NCBI RefSeq assembly: GCF_001194135.2
Contig: NC_068982.1
Location: forward strand, 167,673,671 to 167,733,994
Direction of reading: 5' to 3'
Source of the DNA: Octopus bimaculoides
Taxonomy: Eukaryota
DNA length: 60,324 nt
A program made the translations under genes and the position numbers. The notes below the pieces were generated by a model. It was not told where the DNA came from. It worked only from the letters and a program-made list of their open reading frames with translations, and made no database searches. Each line of letters begins with the position of its first letter. The stretch's first letter is position 1. Shown here piece by piece: positions 24,830-38,735 of this stretch.

Positions 24830-25640
24830 CTCCTCTCAACTCATCTGCTCTGATACCATTTCCCTCCATTTCACTTCATAAGTCTCGTCATCACCTTAAC
24901 TCTCTTCTAATTTCACATAAAAACTTTCTTTCTAAAGATGCAGTCATCATTGGTCGGGAAAAGAAGCTTTGCATCTTTGAGGACATGCATGGTGTGTGAT
25001 TCTTCCTGCAACAACTCTTGCATGACCGAGTCTACTTATGCAATGCAAGTCAGTCCCTTCTTTAGAGAAATAGCTGATGTCAAACCATCTGCTGATTGTT
25101 TGTAATGAAACTCCGAATTAGGGTGTTTCCAGCTATATTACTACCTTCTTCCCTGGACTATCTGCATGGTGTGTCCTAAATGATGTGTGCGGTTCTTTAA
25201 AAAAAAATCATATTGATGATTATCGAGACCGCATCTCGCATGTGACCACGCCCCTTATTCTCGTCAACCATAACAGCGGTGTGTTAAAATTTTTTGTTCC
25301 TGATTTAAAAGTGGCAATGCCCACATTAATTCCACGGCCCATTTTCATGGTACAGTGTCAGCCATAAATATTTCTCCACTTAGTCAATTCCTTCATAATC
25401 CTTTGGTTAATTTCTAAGAAATCTTGTTTATTCTCTTCGGTTATCTCTCCAGGCCCGTTCTCTCATTCTGGCTTGTACAAAATGTTCTTTGCCTATCATC
25501 ATCATTCACGTCCTTGATTAACAATTCTTATCCTTTCCTTATTAGCTTCAGCTTCGTCGTTTCTCATATGACACCTAGCTTCATTTCTTGCATGAATTTC
25601 TTTCCTTCCATCAGGAATTAAGTCTTCTAGTCTTTCCTGA
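24830..25640 (-). mobile_element. Degraded RTE-like LINE, AP-endonuclease region
   Basis: Minus-strand traces, in the expected order, of YAPQ.G..EE.K.DF, HG.YG...RN.EG, I.N..F.K...H.I and AK.FP-type APE segments; many frameshifts. Confidence 0.4.
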
Positions 25641-25949
25641 TTTACGTTCTTTATTTCGAATTTTCATTCTACTGTTAGCCCATTCCCCAATCGTTTCCTG
25701 CATCTTCTCTTCCTCCTGCGATTCAATTCTCGCCTTTGTGTTGTATGATTATTGTCTATCCTAAAAACACCAAACTTCGTTTCAGTAATAAAATAATCTA
25801 AAACGCAGTTGAAATATATTTGGTAAAAATAGTACCCAGGATATATCGTTACAGATATTTTACGAAGAAAGTTAGAAACGGCTGTAATGTATAGATATAT
25901 GGGAAAACACTTTATCCACGATACAAGGTTATAAATCTGAAATAGAGTG

Positions 25950-26089
25950 GGCAGTGCACTGGCAGAAACGTTAGCACGCCGAACAAAATGTTTAGCGGCA
26001 TTTTTTCCGACCTTAATTTCTGAGTTCAAATTTTGCAGACGTCGACTTTGCATTTCATCCTTTCGAAGTTGATAAAATAAGTACTAGTT
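25950..26089 (+). mobile_element. SINE family 2 5' part (tRNA-like head)
   Basis: ctggcagaaacgttagcacgccg...ttctgagttcaaatt...gtcgactttgcatttcatcctttcgaagttgataaaataagtactagtt. Confidence 0.8.
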
Positions 26090-26207
26090 GCTAACGTATG
26101 CCAAAATTTGAAATCAATATATAACTAATAAAATAGATTGATAAATGTTCAATCTTGCTATAGGACGCTTGCATCAAATAGTCAGATAAATTGTGTGTGT
26201 ATATGTG

Positions 26208-26254
<47 letters not shown>

Positions 26255-26665
26255 GGGGAGCAAGCAAACGCTACTGGCTCAGTACACATGATGATATACA
26301 CCTACGACCGCTAATGGCGTGAGTTCATAATCGCATACATACACATATATAGCTAATTGCCTTTTGCATGTGCGCCAATACATTTTGTATTTATGAGAGT
26401 GTATTTGTATGTGTGCACGTGCTAGCAGCGTTCCTTTGAAGCTCTCTCAATCCATTCTCTCTCTCCCTTTCTCTCCATGACACAAACACATTTGCCATTC
26501 CTTTTCTGCAGTTTGACAGATTGTTGACACAACCAGTATATATTGTTAGCTCTTAAATAATAGATTGCCGGTTAATTCGCCAGCCTGAAACCACTGGTAT
26601 TAGAAATATGTAAATTCATGCCAGAATATAAACATATACATACATATATACACACATATGTCTAA

Positions 26666-26743
<78 letters not shown>

Positions 26744-26830
26744 NNNNNNNNNNNNNNNNNNNNNNNNNNNNNNNNNNNNNNNNNNNNNNNNNNNNNNNNN
26801 NNNNNNNNNNNNNNNNNNNNNNNNNNNNNN

Positions 26831-26874
<44 letters not shown>

Positions 26875-28006
26875 GTGTGTATAGTATATGCATACACACA
26901 CATATCGATGTATACAAACATGTATTTACGTATGCATACTTGTGTGATACCTTGCTGCATAGTTCTGTATGGAATATACAAACATAAATACATACATACA
27001 TACATACATACATACATACATACATACATACATACACATATAGAAATATAAATACATGTAAGGATATATCGTTCATGGGTTTGCCAACATAAATTTTGTT
27101 GGCTTACACCAGCGTCGTTTGCAATGTCTCTTAACTTTCAAAGTCCATTTTTCATTGCTGTAATATGTTCTTCAAATTAGGTAGAACTGGCCATTATAAG
27201 GAGCAGAATAATGTATAATTAACGACTTTTTCTGCTAAAGTGCACTGCTGACTTTAAACATTCACCTTGCAACTTGATCAAGTTCTTTGAAGAACAGGTA
27301 GCGTTTATAACTAACATGCGCTGTCAGTGAAATTACTAGACATTCCAGGATGGCGAAAATGAAAACTTCATGAAGACAAAGTCTGTTTTAAACGAGCCAG
27401 ACCATTCCCGCTGTTAGTGCCCATTTTTAGTTTTAGACAGAGTGTATTCAGGATTTATTATCATAAACATATCCTTCTTTTTCTTAAATGAGATTTTGAG
27501 GGAAATTTCGCCATTATTTCTAAGCGGTTGATTTAGGAGCGGGTTCCTCCTTAGCCCAGTGCTAAAATGAGCACTGGTGTAATCAATACTCATAACGTAC
27601 TATAAAAGAAACACAAAAAACTGCACCACTATGAAAATGTTTAGTACTTAGCTAAATTATCTCATTCTTTCGTTACTGAAATGTGCTGTCTCTTAAGTAA
27701 AGGATAACTTTGGTGCATTGAGTTATGATAGCATTTGTGTGATGGAATCCAATTTTGAACTTGCTATAGCTTTAAAAATCTCATACTCTGTTTAGCTTAT
27801 AAATTAGAAGTCAAAGTATCAGTGTTGTTAAATATTTTATTATTTCAATAGATATCCTTTCATAGGATACCTATTGGCATTAAAGTTTGGCTCTAAAATG
27901 TGGTATAAGCATTGAGTGATTGCTTTTGTTGTTGATGTTTTTAATGATGGCAGCGTGACATTGCTATTGTCATAATTGTTTTGAATATCTTTCGTTTAAT
28001 TTTCAG

Positions 28007-28202
28007 GCCGGGATTGCATCACCATCGAACCCTGAACAACTTATTATAGCTCTGGAACCGGAAGCCGCTTCAATATATTGCAGAAAGTTGAGACTCTATC
28101 AATTGGTACCGGATACTCCTACATTGCATCCTTTAACATCGCCAAATAAAAAAAGTCCCGAGGTCATCAATATGGACATTGCATGTTCGGATTTAATTCC
28201 CG
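28007..28202 (+). CDS. HSPA12A: HSPA12-like coding exon B, 196 bp, phase 0/1
   Basis: tttcag acceptor and gtaag donor at 28203. Translates [65 protein letters not shown](G), containing the HSPA12 [18 protein letters not shown] motif. Confidence 0.95.
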
Positions 28203-28525
28203 GTAAGCTATTGCCCCGATTATTAAAAACCCCTTATGTTTTGGGTTATTATTTTATTCTTTCACTAATTTCAATCATTGGATTGAAGCCTTCAGGAATT
28301 TTATCTGAGTATATGTTCTGTCGACACCCCCAGGCGAAGAAGTAGGATCTCCCAAGACATATAAATAGAGGTAGTCTCGCCGCGGTAGGAGTGTTGAGTA
28401 GCAGTCGAGTAGCAGTCGTGTAGCGGTTGAGTAGAGATCATCCTAAGGTGCTAGATAGCAGTAGCCTGAGACATAACATTATATAAGCTTGAATTAATAA
28501 TTCCCCTTAATAGTATATCGATATA

Positions 28526-29492
28526 TCAGACTGAGAAAAAGTAAGCAACGTTTTGAAACATGAAATTCATCACAGTATATTTCAACAATGCAGAAATTTT
28601 ATTTATCAAAGTAAGTACCATTACAATCAGCCCATTTTTTCCAACGAGTTACAAGTTTGTTTATTCCGCTAACATAAAAATCTGGAGTTCTGGAGCTGAT
28701 GAACTCTTTGAACGCACTTTCAGCATTGGTTTGATTTTTGAACTCCTTCTCTCGTAGGAAACCATGAAGGTGCTTGAAAAAGTGGTAATCGGTAGGAAAA
28801 AGGTCTGGGAAATAAGCTGGGTGGGGAAGAACTCCGTAACCAAGTTCCCCCAACTTCTGGAGCGTCATTAGTGAAACGTGTGGTCGAGCAATGTCATGAA
28901 GAATGATTGGCCCTCTTCTGTTGACCAGTCTTGAACGGAGCAGTAGCAGTTTTTCGTTCATTTTGGCAATTTCATGGCAATATGTTCCTGCAGTAATGGC
29001 TTTTCTGCGTTTTAAGAAGTTATAGTGGATGAGTCCAGCAGTACACCACCAAACAGTCACCATAAACTTCTTCTTGAAGAGCTCGGGTTTAGGGAAGGTT
29101 TTCGGTGCTTCATTTGGGGCAAACCACTGCGAAGAATATTTTTTATTATTGTACAGAATCCATTTTTCATCGCAAGTTACAATACGGTCGAGAAATTGAT
29201 CGGTCTGTTTACGGAGAAGAAGCAATGAGCAAATTTCATATCTGCGCATTTTCTGATTTGCATTCAAATCGTGTGGTACCCATTTGTCGAGCTGTTTTGA
29301 TTTTCCGATCGCATGCAAATGGTTGCAAGGAATTTCCTGGCTAACTTGAAGTTCTTTTGTCAATTCTTGAGTGGTTTTACGTGGATCTTTCTCAATGACG
29401 GTCCTTAATTGACCGTCATCGATGACAGATGGACGTCCACAACGCTCACGATCTTCAAGGCTCAGGTCTCCACTGCGAAATCATTTAAACCA
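28526..29492 (-). mobile_element. 5'-truncated mariner transposon (Hsmar1/cecropia-like) retaining one TIR
   Basis: TA at 28524-28525, then TCAGACTGAGAAAAAGTAAGCAACGTTTT (28526-28554), similar to the Hsmar1-type TIR. Transposase homology ends near 29492; no second TIR is visible. Confidence 0.9.
28599..29480 (-). pseudogene. Mariner transposase, 293 open codons, lacking the N-terminal ~55 aa
   Basis: FRSGDLSLEDRERCGRPSVIDDGQLRTVIEKDPRKTTQEL...KWVPHDL...IVTCDEKW...LHDIARPH...YFPDLFPTDYHFF...RWKKWADCNGTYFDK*. D,D34D spacing was counted as intact. There is an in-frame TGA at 29483-29481. Confidence 0.9.
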
Positions 29493-29561
29493 TTTATATG
29501 CATGCATTTATATTTGGTCCTTTTCTGTGTGATATGTAAAATAAATTTTGTCATTTTTCAG

Positions 29562-29684
29562 GCATGAGGTACATGGTGGTGGATTGCGGCGGAGGCACAG
29601 TTGACATTACTGTTCATGAGCTAGAAAGCAGTGGTCTGTTGCGGGAACTGTATAAAGCCACAGGGGGTGCGTTTGGAGGCACTG
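29562..29684 (+). CDS. HSPA12A: HSPA12-like coding exon C, 123 bp, phase 1/1
   Basis: ttttcag acceptor and gtaagt donor at 29685. Translates (G)[40 protein letters not shown](G), with the Hsp70 phosphate-2 motif DxGGGTxD and the HSPA12 ELYKATGG motif. Confidence 0.96.
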
Positions 29685-29744
29685 GTAAGTACTTGCATGT
29701 TTACTTCACAATCAAGCTCCTAAAACAAATTAACAGTTTTTCAG

Positions 29745-30290
29745 ATTTAGAGTCGAAGCTAGCAAGTTCGAGGGGAGGAGTTTAGTCGATACCACCGGGC
29801 TCCTCTACTTCACTGGTGCCTTAGATTTGAACTGTCTTAAAACAAAATAATTCTTTCTAACTTTGGCAGAAGGCCAGCAATTCTGAAGAGAGGGAGCTAG
29901 TCAATTCCATCGTCTCCCAATACTTGACCAACTCTGAAAGGATGAAAGGTAAAGTTAAGTTCAGTGGAACTTGAGCGCCGAGCGTAAAGACGGACGAAAT
30001 GTCGTAAAACATTTTGTTCGGCACGGTATCGATTCTACCAGCTTACCGCCATATCCTTGAGGAGAAAATCATTCTTTCTACTATAGGCATAATGCCTGAA
30101 ACTTTAAACCTTGGGGAAAGTTGCTAGTCGATTACAACGACCTCAGTGCTCAACTGGTACTTATTTTATCGACTTCGAGAGGATGAAAGGCAAAGTCGGC
30201 CTCGGTGGCGTTTGAACCCAGAACGTAAAACCGCAAGAAATATAGTAAAGCACTTTTTCCGGCGTGCTAACAGTTCTGCCATCTCGCCTG
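29745..30290 (-). mobile_element. Three degenerate head-to-tail SINE family 2 copies
   Basis: Recurrent tagtcgat...ggatgaaagg(t/c)aaagt...tgaac...cgtaaa...gcc pattern; heads end near 30050 and 30290. Confidence 0.7.
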
Positions 30291-30619
30291 ATCCTTAAGC
30301 GTAATAATAAATTATATTTAGTATATTTAACACTCTACACTTTTTAATGATAATAATAATGATAATTAAAAGTACAGTCGATTGAATTAACTCTTGTATG
30401 CGACTAGTACTTAGTATTTATCGAAGCTGGTAAGATTTGAGTTCAGAACCTAAAAGAAAAAGACTAAGAGGTTCCCAAAAGACTTCAGCGGTGCTTTGCA
30501 AGTTTGGCATCTTGAATGATTATACGGTTAAAATGCACATTATGATATCTGCACGTATGTAGATGTACATAAATATATTCATCTATATATACTTGTATGT
30601 ACAAATTTATTTCACGCGC

Positions 30620-30665
<46 letters not shown>

Positions 30666-31398
30666 TGAATATGTGTTTGCATGTACGTCTGGGTCAAAAG
30701 CACAGTGGGTATTGGAAAATTTCATTTATAGCAGCCTTTATTCTCAGTCTTGCACTATAAATCATTCGTATTTCAATAGTTAGCGGAATAAAATATTTTC
30801 AGTGATGTTCCAGCATATCTTCTCGTCTATTTTCCTTAATTAAACATAATATGTGCATTCACACTGGAATCACCACGAATGTCATTATATAAGTTATAAT
30901 GATAACTAGATAGTCGTCAGGCGAAGCTTGACAAAATTCAATACAAATTGTATACCTAATATAATAACACTCTCTAGAAAAGCTACGTATAAACGAAATT
31001 TTTTTTTCTCATTGCGTTATGTCTTCCTGAAAGCAAGCTGTGGATATGCCGTGTTTGCTGTAATAATATTCTACATTATATTGATACGCAAGTAAAATAA
31101 TCATCATTGCTTTCCTGCTGTGTGAGCTGACTTCTCTGAGATAATTGATAGTTTTACTAATGATGTCATCAAGTAAACGTTTTGATCAATTAGTTTTATT
31201 CTGTAATGGAATGCAAAGACAGATATTGAATGTTTACGAATTTAACAGATGCTGTTGTTCTTGTTGACGTAGGCTTTATTGTTTTTAATGACGAAAAATG
31301 GTGAAGCTGAATATAAAGATCATCATGTTGATCATAATCATCTTCCCATCACCCTTTCCATCATCTCCTCCTTCTCATTCTCACCACCACCTTGCTTT

Positions 31399-31431
<33 letters not shown>

Positions 31432-32226
31432 CTTCTTGCGCGATTACACCATACTCACTCACATGCATACGCGCGCACACATGCAAACCAGACATATATA
31501 TTTACAAATAGATTCTCGGTGGTTTCGATGTCATTGCCAATATTTATACACCTTATTGTTGTTTATATATCACTATTCATGAAAACGAACATTACTCTCT
31601 CTCACTCTCTTCTCCTTTCTCTCTCTTCCTTTCTTTCTCTATCCCTCTTTGGGTGTGTGTGTCTGTCTTTATACATATGTACATATATATCTACATACAC
31701 GCACGCACATGATAGTGCATACTTCCACCGACGTTCGAAAGACGAGAAACTTAATTTATGATATTTGCTTAGTGAAATAATTTTGCAATATTACTGTTTG
31801 AGGTTTAATAAACGCATATTTAATATTTAATCAAGCCGAAAAGTTATGATACCATTCATTAAGCACTGGTTTTTTGCCTGGAATGTGAATTGGACCGAGT
31901 AGTTTTATTAAAGGTTCAACAACGATCGACCATCTCGGCCTTCGAAACTGGTGAAAGTAGATAGTGAAAATTACTTAAGATTGAAACAAGATTATGCAAG
32001 ACTTAACGCATTATATAATTGAACAGGATTATCGTGTTCTGTTATATAAAGGAAAATGCCAATTCAGCGTAGTTTATGAATAAATACGTAAAGCTCCATG
32101 GCTTAATTAAATTTGGGGATCTATTTTCAGACAGAGACAAAATAAATGCTTATTAAACTTATGGAAATGACCCCATACACATATCTATTCACAACCTACG
32201 CTATAATGATACAGTAGCTGTTAATA

Positions 32227-32228
<2 letters not shown>

Positions 32229-32297
<69 letters not shown>

Positions 32298-32632
32298 ATC
32301 ATCTATCTATTTGTCAGCCAATCTGTTTGTATGTATATATGTATGTATGTATCTATGTACCTGTCTGTTTGCCTGTATATATCTGGTCTGTCTGTATGTA
32401 TGTATCTACTTGTTTGTATGTACCTATCTACTTGCCTGTCTGTATGCATCTGTCTGTCTGTCTGTATGCATCTGTCTGTCTGTCTGTCTGTATGCATCTG
32501 TCTGTCTGTCTGTATGCATCTGTCTGTCTGTCTGTATGCATCTGTCTGTCTGTCTGTCTGTATGCATCTGTCTGTCTGTCTGTATGCATCTGTCTGTCTG
32601 TCTGTATGCATCTGTCTGTCTGTCTGTATGCA

Positions 32633-32667
<35 letters not shown>

Positions 32668-32732
32668 TCCTGCCTATCTGTATGTATGTATGTATGTATG
32701 TATGTATCTATGTATCTATCTATCTATCTGTC
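32229..32732. repeat. Compound (TATC)n / (TGTC)n-TATGCATC / (TATG)n microsatellite-minisatellite
   Basis: Directly visible periodic sequence; it is the source of the SVCL/QTDR ORFs. Confidence 0.95.
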
Positions 32733-33021
32733 TTATTTAATGACACTTTTGATTCAGCTCCATGTAACTTGAAGTTTCATGGGCCCGTAAAAATGGACCT
32801 AGTTCTTCAGTCGTGTTGGCATATGTGTATCAGTGTATATATACGTGTATGTTTGTATATATGTACGCTAAACTGAATTTAAGCGAAAAGCGAGACAATT
32901 ACGCAATAGCTCTCAATGCAGATAATCAGTGTGGTTGAAAAGTTATTTGCAGCTCATTAACAAGTAATGGTCGAAATACTGAATCGACTTCCATCATACC
33001 TACCTACCTACCTACCTACCT

Positions 33022-33056
<35 letters not shown>

Positions 33057-33569
33057 CACACACACACACACATACACACACACGCACGCACACATGCGCG
33101 CACGCACACACACATGCGCGCACGCACACATGGATTTCTGTATATGTACGTGTATGTAAAATATATAATATAAAATCTTGTGTATTAGCNNNNNNNNNNN
33201 NNNNNNNNNNNNNNNNNNNNNNNNNNNNNNNNNNNNNNNNNNNNNNNNNNNNNNNNNNNNNNNNNNNNNNNNNNNNNNNNNNNNNNNNNNNNNNNNNNNN
33301 NNNNNNNNNNNNNNNNNNNNNNNNNNNNNNNNNNNNNNNNNNNNNNNNNNNNNNNNNNNNNNNNNNNNNNNNNNNNNNNNNNNNNNNNNNNNNNNNNNNN
33401 NNNNNNNNNNNNNNNNNNNNNNNNNNNNNNNNNNNNNNNNNNNNNNNNNNNNNNNNNNNNNNNNNNNNNNNNNNNNNNNNNNNNNNNNNNNNNNNNNNNN
33501 NNNNNNNNNNNNNNNNNNNNNNNNNNNNNNNNNNNNNNNNNNNNNNNNNNNNNNNNNNNNNNNNNNNNN

Positions 33570-33635
<66 letters not shown>

Positions 33636-34541
33636 CATCTGTATTCATATATGTGTGTATGTATGTAGATCTATCTACCTATCTATCTATACATACATAC
33701 ATACATACATACATACATACATACTCGCACACAACATTAACAAGTGTTGTGTATGCATACAAACAACCAATTAGAGCTCAATAAACTTCACCGCAATAAA
33801 CTGTTAAATCTAAATATACGGATACATAGACGTGCACAGTGTCGTATAGATTGTGATATAAGATATAACCATGCTGCACAGAGCAAAATATATGTGAACG
33901 AATAATTGAAAAACAACCTCAACGATATCTCGATATGTTCATTCCGTTTCAATAATTCTTACATCACTGCATTATTATGAAGCACGCGAGGATTATATCT
34001 TCACTGAACAGTGTCAATACAGAAATATGAAGAATGCATCACAATTTCGCTCTTATATTGAATGAATGAAAGACAAAACATGACACTGAGAGAATTAAGA
34101 AAAAATCCGTAGAAATAAAGAATGAGAAAATAAGAAAGTTAGCGAGTCGATGTGAAATATTTGACAGGAAGCTAACTTGTCCAACATATATCAAGTTACT
34201 TATCTCATTATCGGTTTGATCAAAGAAGGGAGAAAAATATACGAGGGGGACAATAAAAATAAGATTTTTAAAGTCTGCGAAAGTGATATGGTATTGTTTA
34301 AGAAATAAAATCTATAGTAAATTTCATTTCTTAATTTTTCTTTTATTGGGAAAAACTGTTTGCTTGGATATTCTCGCCATTGAAAAGAACAATGATATAA
34401 ACATATATAAATGTCACTATACAAGTACACGAGATACGATAACTATATCCATATGCATGTAGACTTAACAGAACTTTCTCTATTTGTATGTATATATGTA
34501 TATATATGGAGGTATGCATATATAATACATACTAGATAGAG

Positions 34542-34589
<48 letters not shown>

Positions 34590-35473
34590 TGGATAGAGTT
34601 ATACATACATATATTCTGTATATTTATATTTCGTTGTTTGCTAAACACTGACTGAAAAGATAATTTAAGTAGATTGCATAATATTTCAACAAGCTATGTA
34701 ACCCCGGTAGTAGTTTACCAAAACGCGTGTATGTTTTCTAATGCATAAAATACCATGTATTTTTCCTGTATTTTACAAAGGCACATATAAACATTTATAT
34801 ATACTTCAACATATACGCAACACACAAACAAATTAAATGATGAACTGAATACTGTACATAATAAATTCCTAATTTACTGAGAAAATAAGAATTCTGATGG
34901 AAATTTCATTCGCTCTTAAAGTAACTAAATTATGAGTATTTTCCACCTGCTAATTTAGACACTTTGGGAAAGGACAGTTTAGTCTTTGTAGGCCAAGAGA
35001 AGATTAAAGACATAAGTTTCGGTCTATTTGACCTCATCTTCATACGACATTTTAAACAAACAGTCGATAAGTTGATAGATTTTTACATATAAAGAGTTAC
35101 GTATATCTTTGGTCAAGAATAATTTGCCTAATTAAAAGGTGCAACAAGGCAAATAAAACAAAGCAGCTGGCTATATCATAAATCTGAATACTTAAGTTAA
35201 AGGGGGAAATATACTTATTGACATGCATAATAAATCCTTAGTTTATTGAAATGTATCTCTGAGTTGGAGTCAGAAGAAAACATTAATGTTTTTGATACAA
35301 ACGCAAACAATGTCTTAGATGCACACATACCCATATATGTTTGTATGTGTGTATGTATGTATGTATGTATGCATGCATGTATGTATGTGAGAGTGTACAT
35401 GTTTATATATATATATGTGTAAATATATGCATATGTTCATATGATTATGCCTGTGTGTGTACATAAATATGTA

Positions 35474-35511
<38 letters not shown>

Positions 35512-38330
35512 GTAAATATGCATATTTATAGACACACTCATACACAAATATGGATACATATATTTACATACATGTCAATATTACGTATGCACGTATACAC
35601 GCGCAAATATGCATATTTATATACATCTATATTTATATCCCTTTCTTTCTTACTATCATTTAAGAACACACGCATACACCCCTGTGAATGTATGTATGTT
35701 TGGTTGCATTATGTATGCGGGTGTGTATATGATACGGTAGAGCTGTGAGCGTGTGTGAATATGTTATTTTCGAATAGTATTAAATCCAGAATATACAAAC
35801 AATTTAGTATGGAAAACTTTTATAAGAGACCTTTGATACAATGATATATTAAATTAAAATTTACGTCATTGTTACTAAAAAGATAGAAGCTGCCTATTTC
35901 GCGTGCTTTTATGGAGAGTGTATTTCATCCAACATCATAGTTAAAACATCCAGTTGTTGAGCTGTATCTTATCTAGATATTAATGACATTATTAATATGA
36001 AGGATAACAGAATGGTGAATATATAAGATGATCCATCTTATGTTTTTGGTTCACTAGGAAAATTTTTACTTTTGTAAGAGATAATATATGTTATTTATTT
36101 AAATTCCGCACTACTAGAAACGGTAAACATATAGTATCAAGCACATGTAGAGCCAAAACTAAATGACCTCAAAACTAGATTTCCGAAACGTGAAGCACTT
36201 GATAGACGGCTTCATGTAGTTTTACCATATGTATCAATTAATCTGCTACGATTTATTCACAAATGTGAAATCAATGATTGCTTTCCAGGCAAAGAGACAG
36301 TCTTTACGCAGCAATCACTCAAGCAGCTAAAAATATCAAGCAATTTCCCTCAAAGTAGATAAAGTAGACCCGTAGCCGTCTCAAAGGGCAATAAACAATG
36401 AAATTTCTGGTACACACATACATGCACGCGCGCACGCACGCACGCACATACACACACATACACACACATAAGAGATGGGGCATAATTATGGATACATCCC
36501 TTTAATCACAGATCTCTCAATTAGGACTGAATTTTGGCTAAGCAACGACAATACTGTTTTCGTTATATATTATTTTAAGGGGAAGTATAGTTAAATGCAT
36601 CGATATCAGTAAATTGCTATATTTTATTATTTTATAGCATTTGGAAGCATGTTGTGAAATAGTTAACTTGCTAGAATTCTTTCTTCTTTTCGTGACTCAA
36701 GCTAAACGTACTTCGACAGATGTGTTCATTGTCACGCTTTTCTTTTGTAAACGAGAATGTATTTCCTGTTTAAAGAAGTCGTTACATAATGTTATTGAAA
36801 CGACCTAGGTTTCAATAGGTGGACAGCAGCTGAATTTGATATCAGAATGTTGGCGTTGGAAGCTTCGAAATTCTGAAGTCTGAAAAACTTTCAAAATACG
36901 AAATTTGTTTGGGTAAGAGTAGTGAAATTGAAAAATTTCTGAATGCGTTGGGGAACTTTTAAAGGAGTGTTCTAGATAAGCATAGAATAAAAGTGTAAGT
37001 AACGAAAGTGACGTGGAGCTGTTTTATGTAGTTGGCAGTTCGATGTGAAAGGCAGATTTGTTATGTTGAAAAGCGAAGGTAAACCAATACACGAGTGAAA
37101 CTAGACTAGAGACGGATATATATAAAATTACCTACACGGTATATATAGAAGCTGTGTTTGGAAAAACAGATAGCTTGTTTCGACTTGGGTTCTATGATGT
37201 AAGAATACAATCATTTCGAATATTGGAATTCTTATCGTCCCAAATATTTTGGACAGAGAATTGTCGACTGCTCTGTAAAGCGATTAGTGCATCGCTCTAT
37301 ACATTTTCTGCTCTGGAATATTTTCTAGTTGCATCCCGAAATGAGAGATGAGAGGCAAAAATCTATCTTTGAACTCACACCATATATGCTAGGATAAAAA
37401 ACTGAAAGGTGTGTCCTTGTTTCAGCAGTTTCAATAAGCAGATATCATAATGCATAGAATTGTGTCAGTAACTTGGTCGTAATGGTGCAAAAGAAATATA
37501 AGAATTTTTCTGTGTTTTAAATGCCAAAAATGCGATCTTTCTCGATGTAATTGTCTCAGTTTCGATAGATGATATCATATGAAGGCATTTGCCAAATAAA
37601 GACAGCTCCAAAACTGTAAATAGAAGTCAACGGAAAGCTTCTTGCACTAAAACAGAATCAATTCCTTATATTTCGAGTAAAATACCCAGCCACAGAAGTA
37701 AACAGTTGGAGAAATATGGATTAAAGTAACGTCAGTATTTTAGCCTTGGTTGCTATAGTTAAAGTATCAGCAGTGGTAGCAGACGATGCTATTATTTTAG
37801 CTGTTATTTATACTGATTCTGTCGTTACNNNNNNNNNNNNNNNNNNNNNNNNNNNNNNNNNNNNNNNNNNNNNNNNNNNNNNNNNNNNNNNNNNNNNNNN
37901 NNNNNNNNNNNNNNNNNNNNNNNNNNNNNNNNNNNNNNNNNNNNNNNNNNNNNNNNNNNNNNNNNNNNNNNNNNNNNNNNNNNNNNNNNNNNNNNNNNNN
38001 NNNNNNNNNNNNNNNNNNNNNNNNNNNNNNNNNNNNNNNNNNNNNNNNNNNNNNNNNNNNNNNNNNNNNNNNNNNNNNNNNNNNNNNNNNNNNNNNNNNN
38101 NNNNNNNNNNNNNNNNNNNNNNNNNNNNNNNNNNNNNNNNNNNNNNNNNNNNNNNNNNNNNNNNNNNNNNNNNNNNNNNNNNNNNNNNNNNNNNNNNNNN
38201 NNNNNNNNNNNNNNNNNNNNNNNNNNNNNNNNNNNNNNNNNNNNNNNNNNNNNNNNNNNNNNNNNNNNNNNNNNNNNNNNNNNNNNNNNNNNNNNNNNNN
38301 NNNNNNNNNNNNNNNNNNNNNNNNNNNNNN

Positions 38331-38476
38331 TATTGAGTTCGGCTGCTTGTTATTTTTGAAAATCTATCGTATTTAAAATGTATCTGATATTGATTTATCA
38401 CGTTAGTACAAAAACGAAGATTTGTTCGGAAATGAGTTTGTTTGATCGATTAAATCGATTTAGTACATAACTAGTA
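38331..38476 (+). repeat. 146-bp direct repeat of 39544-39689 (1 mismatch)
   Basis: tattgagttcggctgcttg...agtacataactagta occurs twice, 1213 bp apart; the first copy abuts an N-gap. Confidence 0.85.
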
Positions 38477-38594
38477 ATCGGCGCACAGTGGTGGAGAAGT
38501 GATTGTAGGGGATGTCTCCAATTGAATGCCCGTTTCTTGGTCCCCTGTAACGGAGTCAGTTCTGAGAAAGAGAGAAGAAACAACCACAATGCCT

Positions 38595-38735
38595 GACCGG
38601 TACTTATTTTGTCTAGTCCAAAGTGGTGAAAGATAAAGTAGACCTTGGTGGATTTGAACACCGAGCACAAAGAGTTGGGACAAACACGGCAAGGTATATC
38701 TATCCGACACTATAACGACTCTGACAGCTCGCCAT
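38595..38735 (-). mobile_element. Degenerate SINE family 2 copy
   Basis: ggtacttatttt...gaaagataaagtagaccttggtggatttgaacacc...ctctgacagctcgcc. Confidence 0.6.

Noticed and set aside
28599-29480. SETMAR-like domesticated fusion of HSPA12 with the mariner transposase
   Set aside because: The transposase is antisense to HSPA12, exons B and C splice cleanly in frame around it, and its conserved motifs carry substitutions.
29685-29785. Read-through tails of the HSPA12 exon ORFs (also 2543-2590, 28203-28345, 59902-59952)
   Set aside because: HSPA12 similarity ends exactly at the GT donors, so the tails are intronic.
32303-32876. Overlapping 100-180 aa ORFs in several frames
   Set aside because: Translations of tetranucleotide and compound repeats that happen to lack stops.
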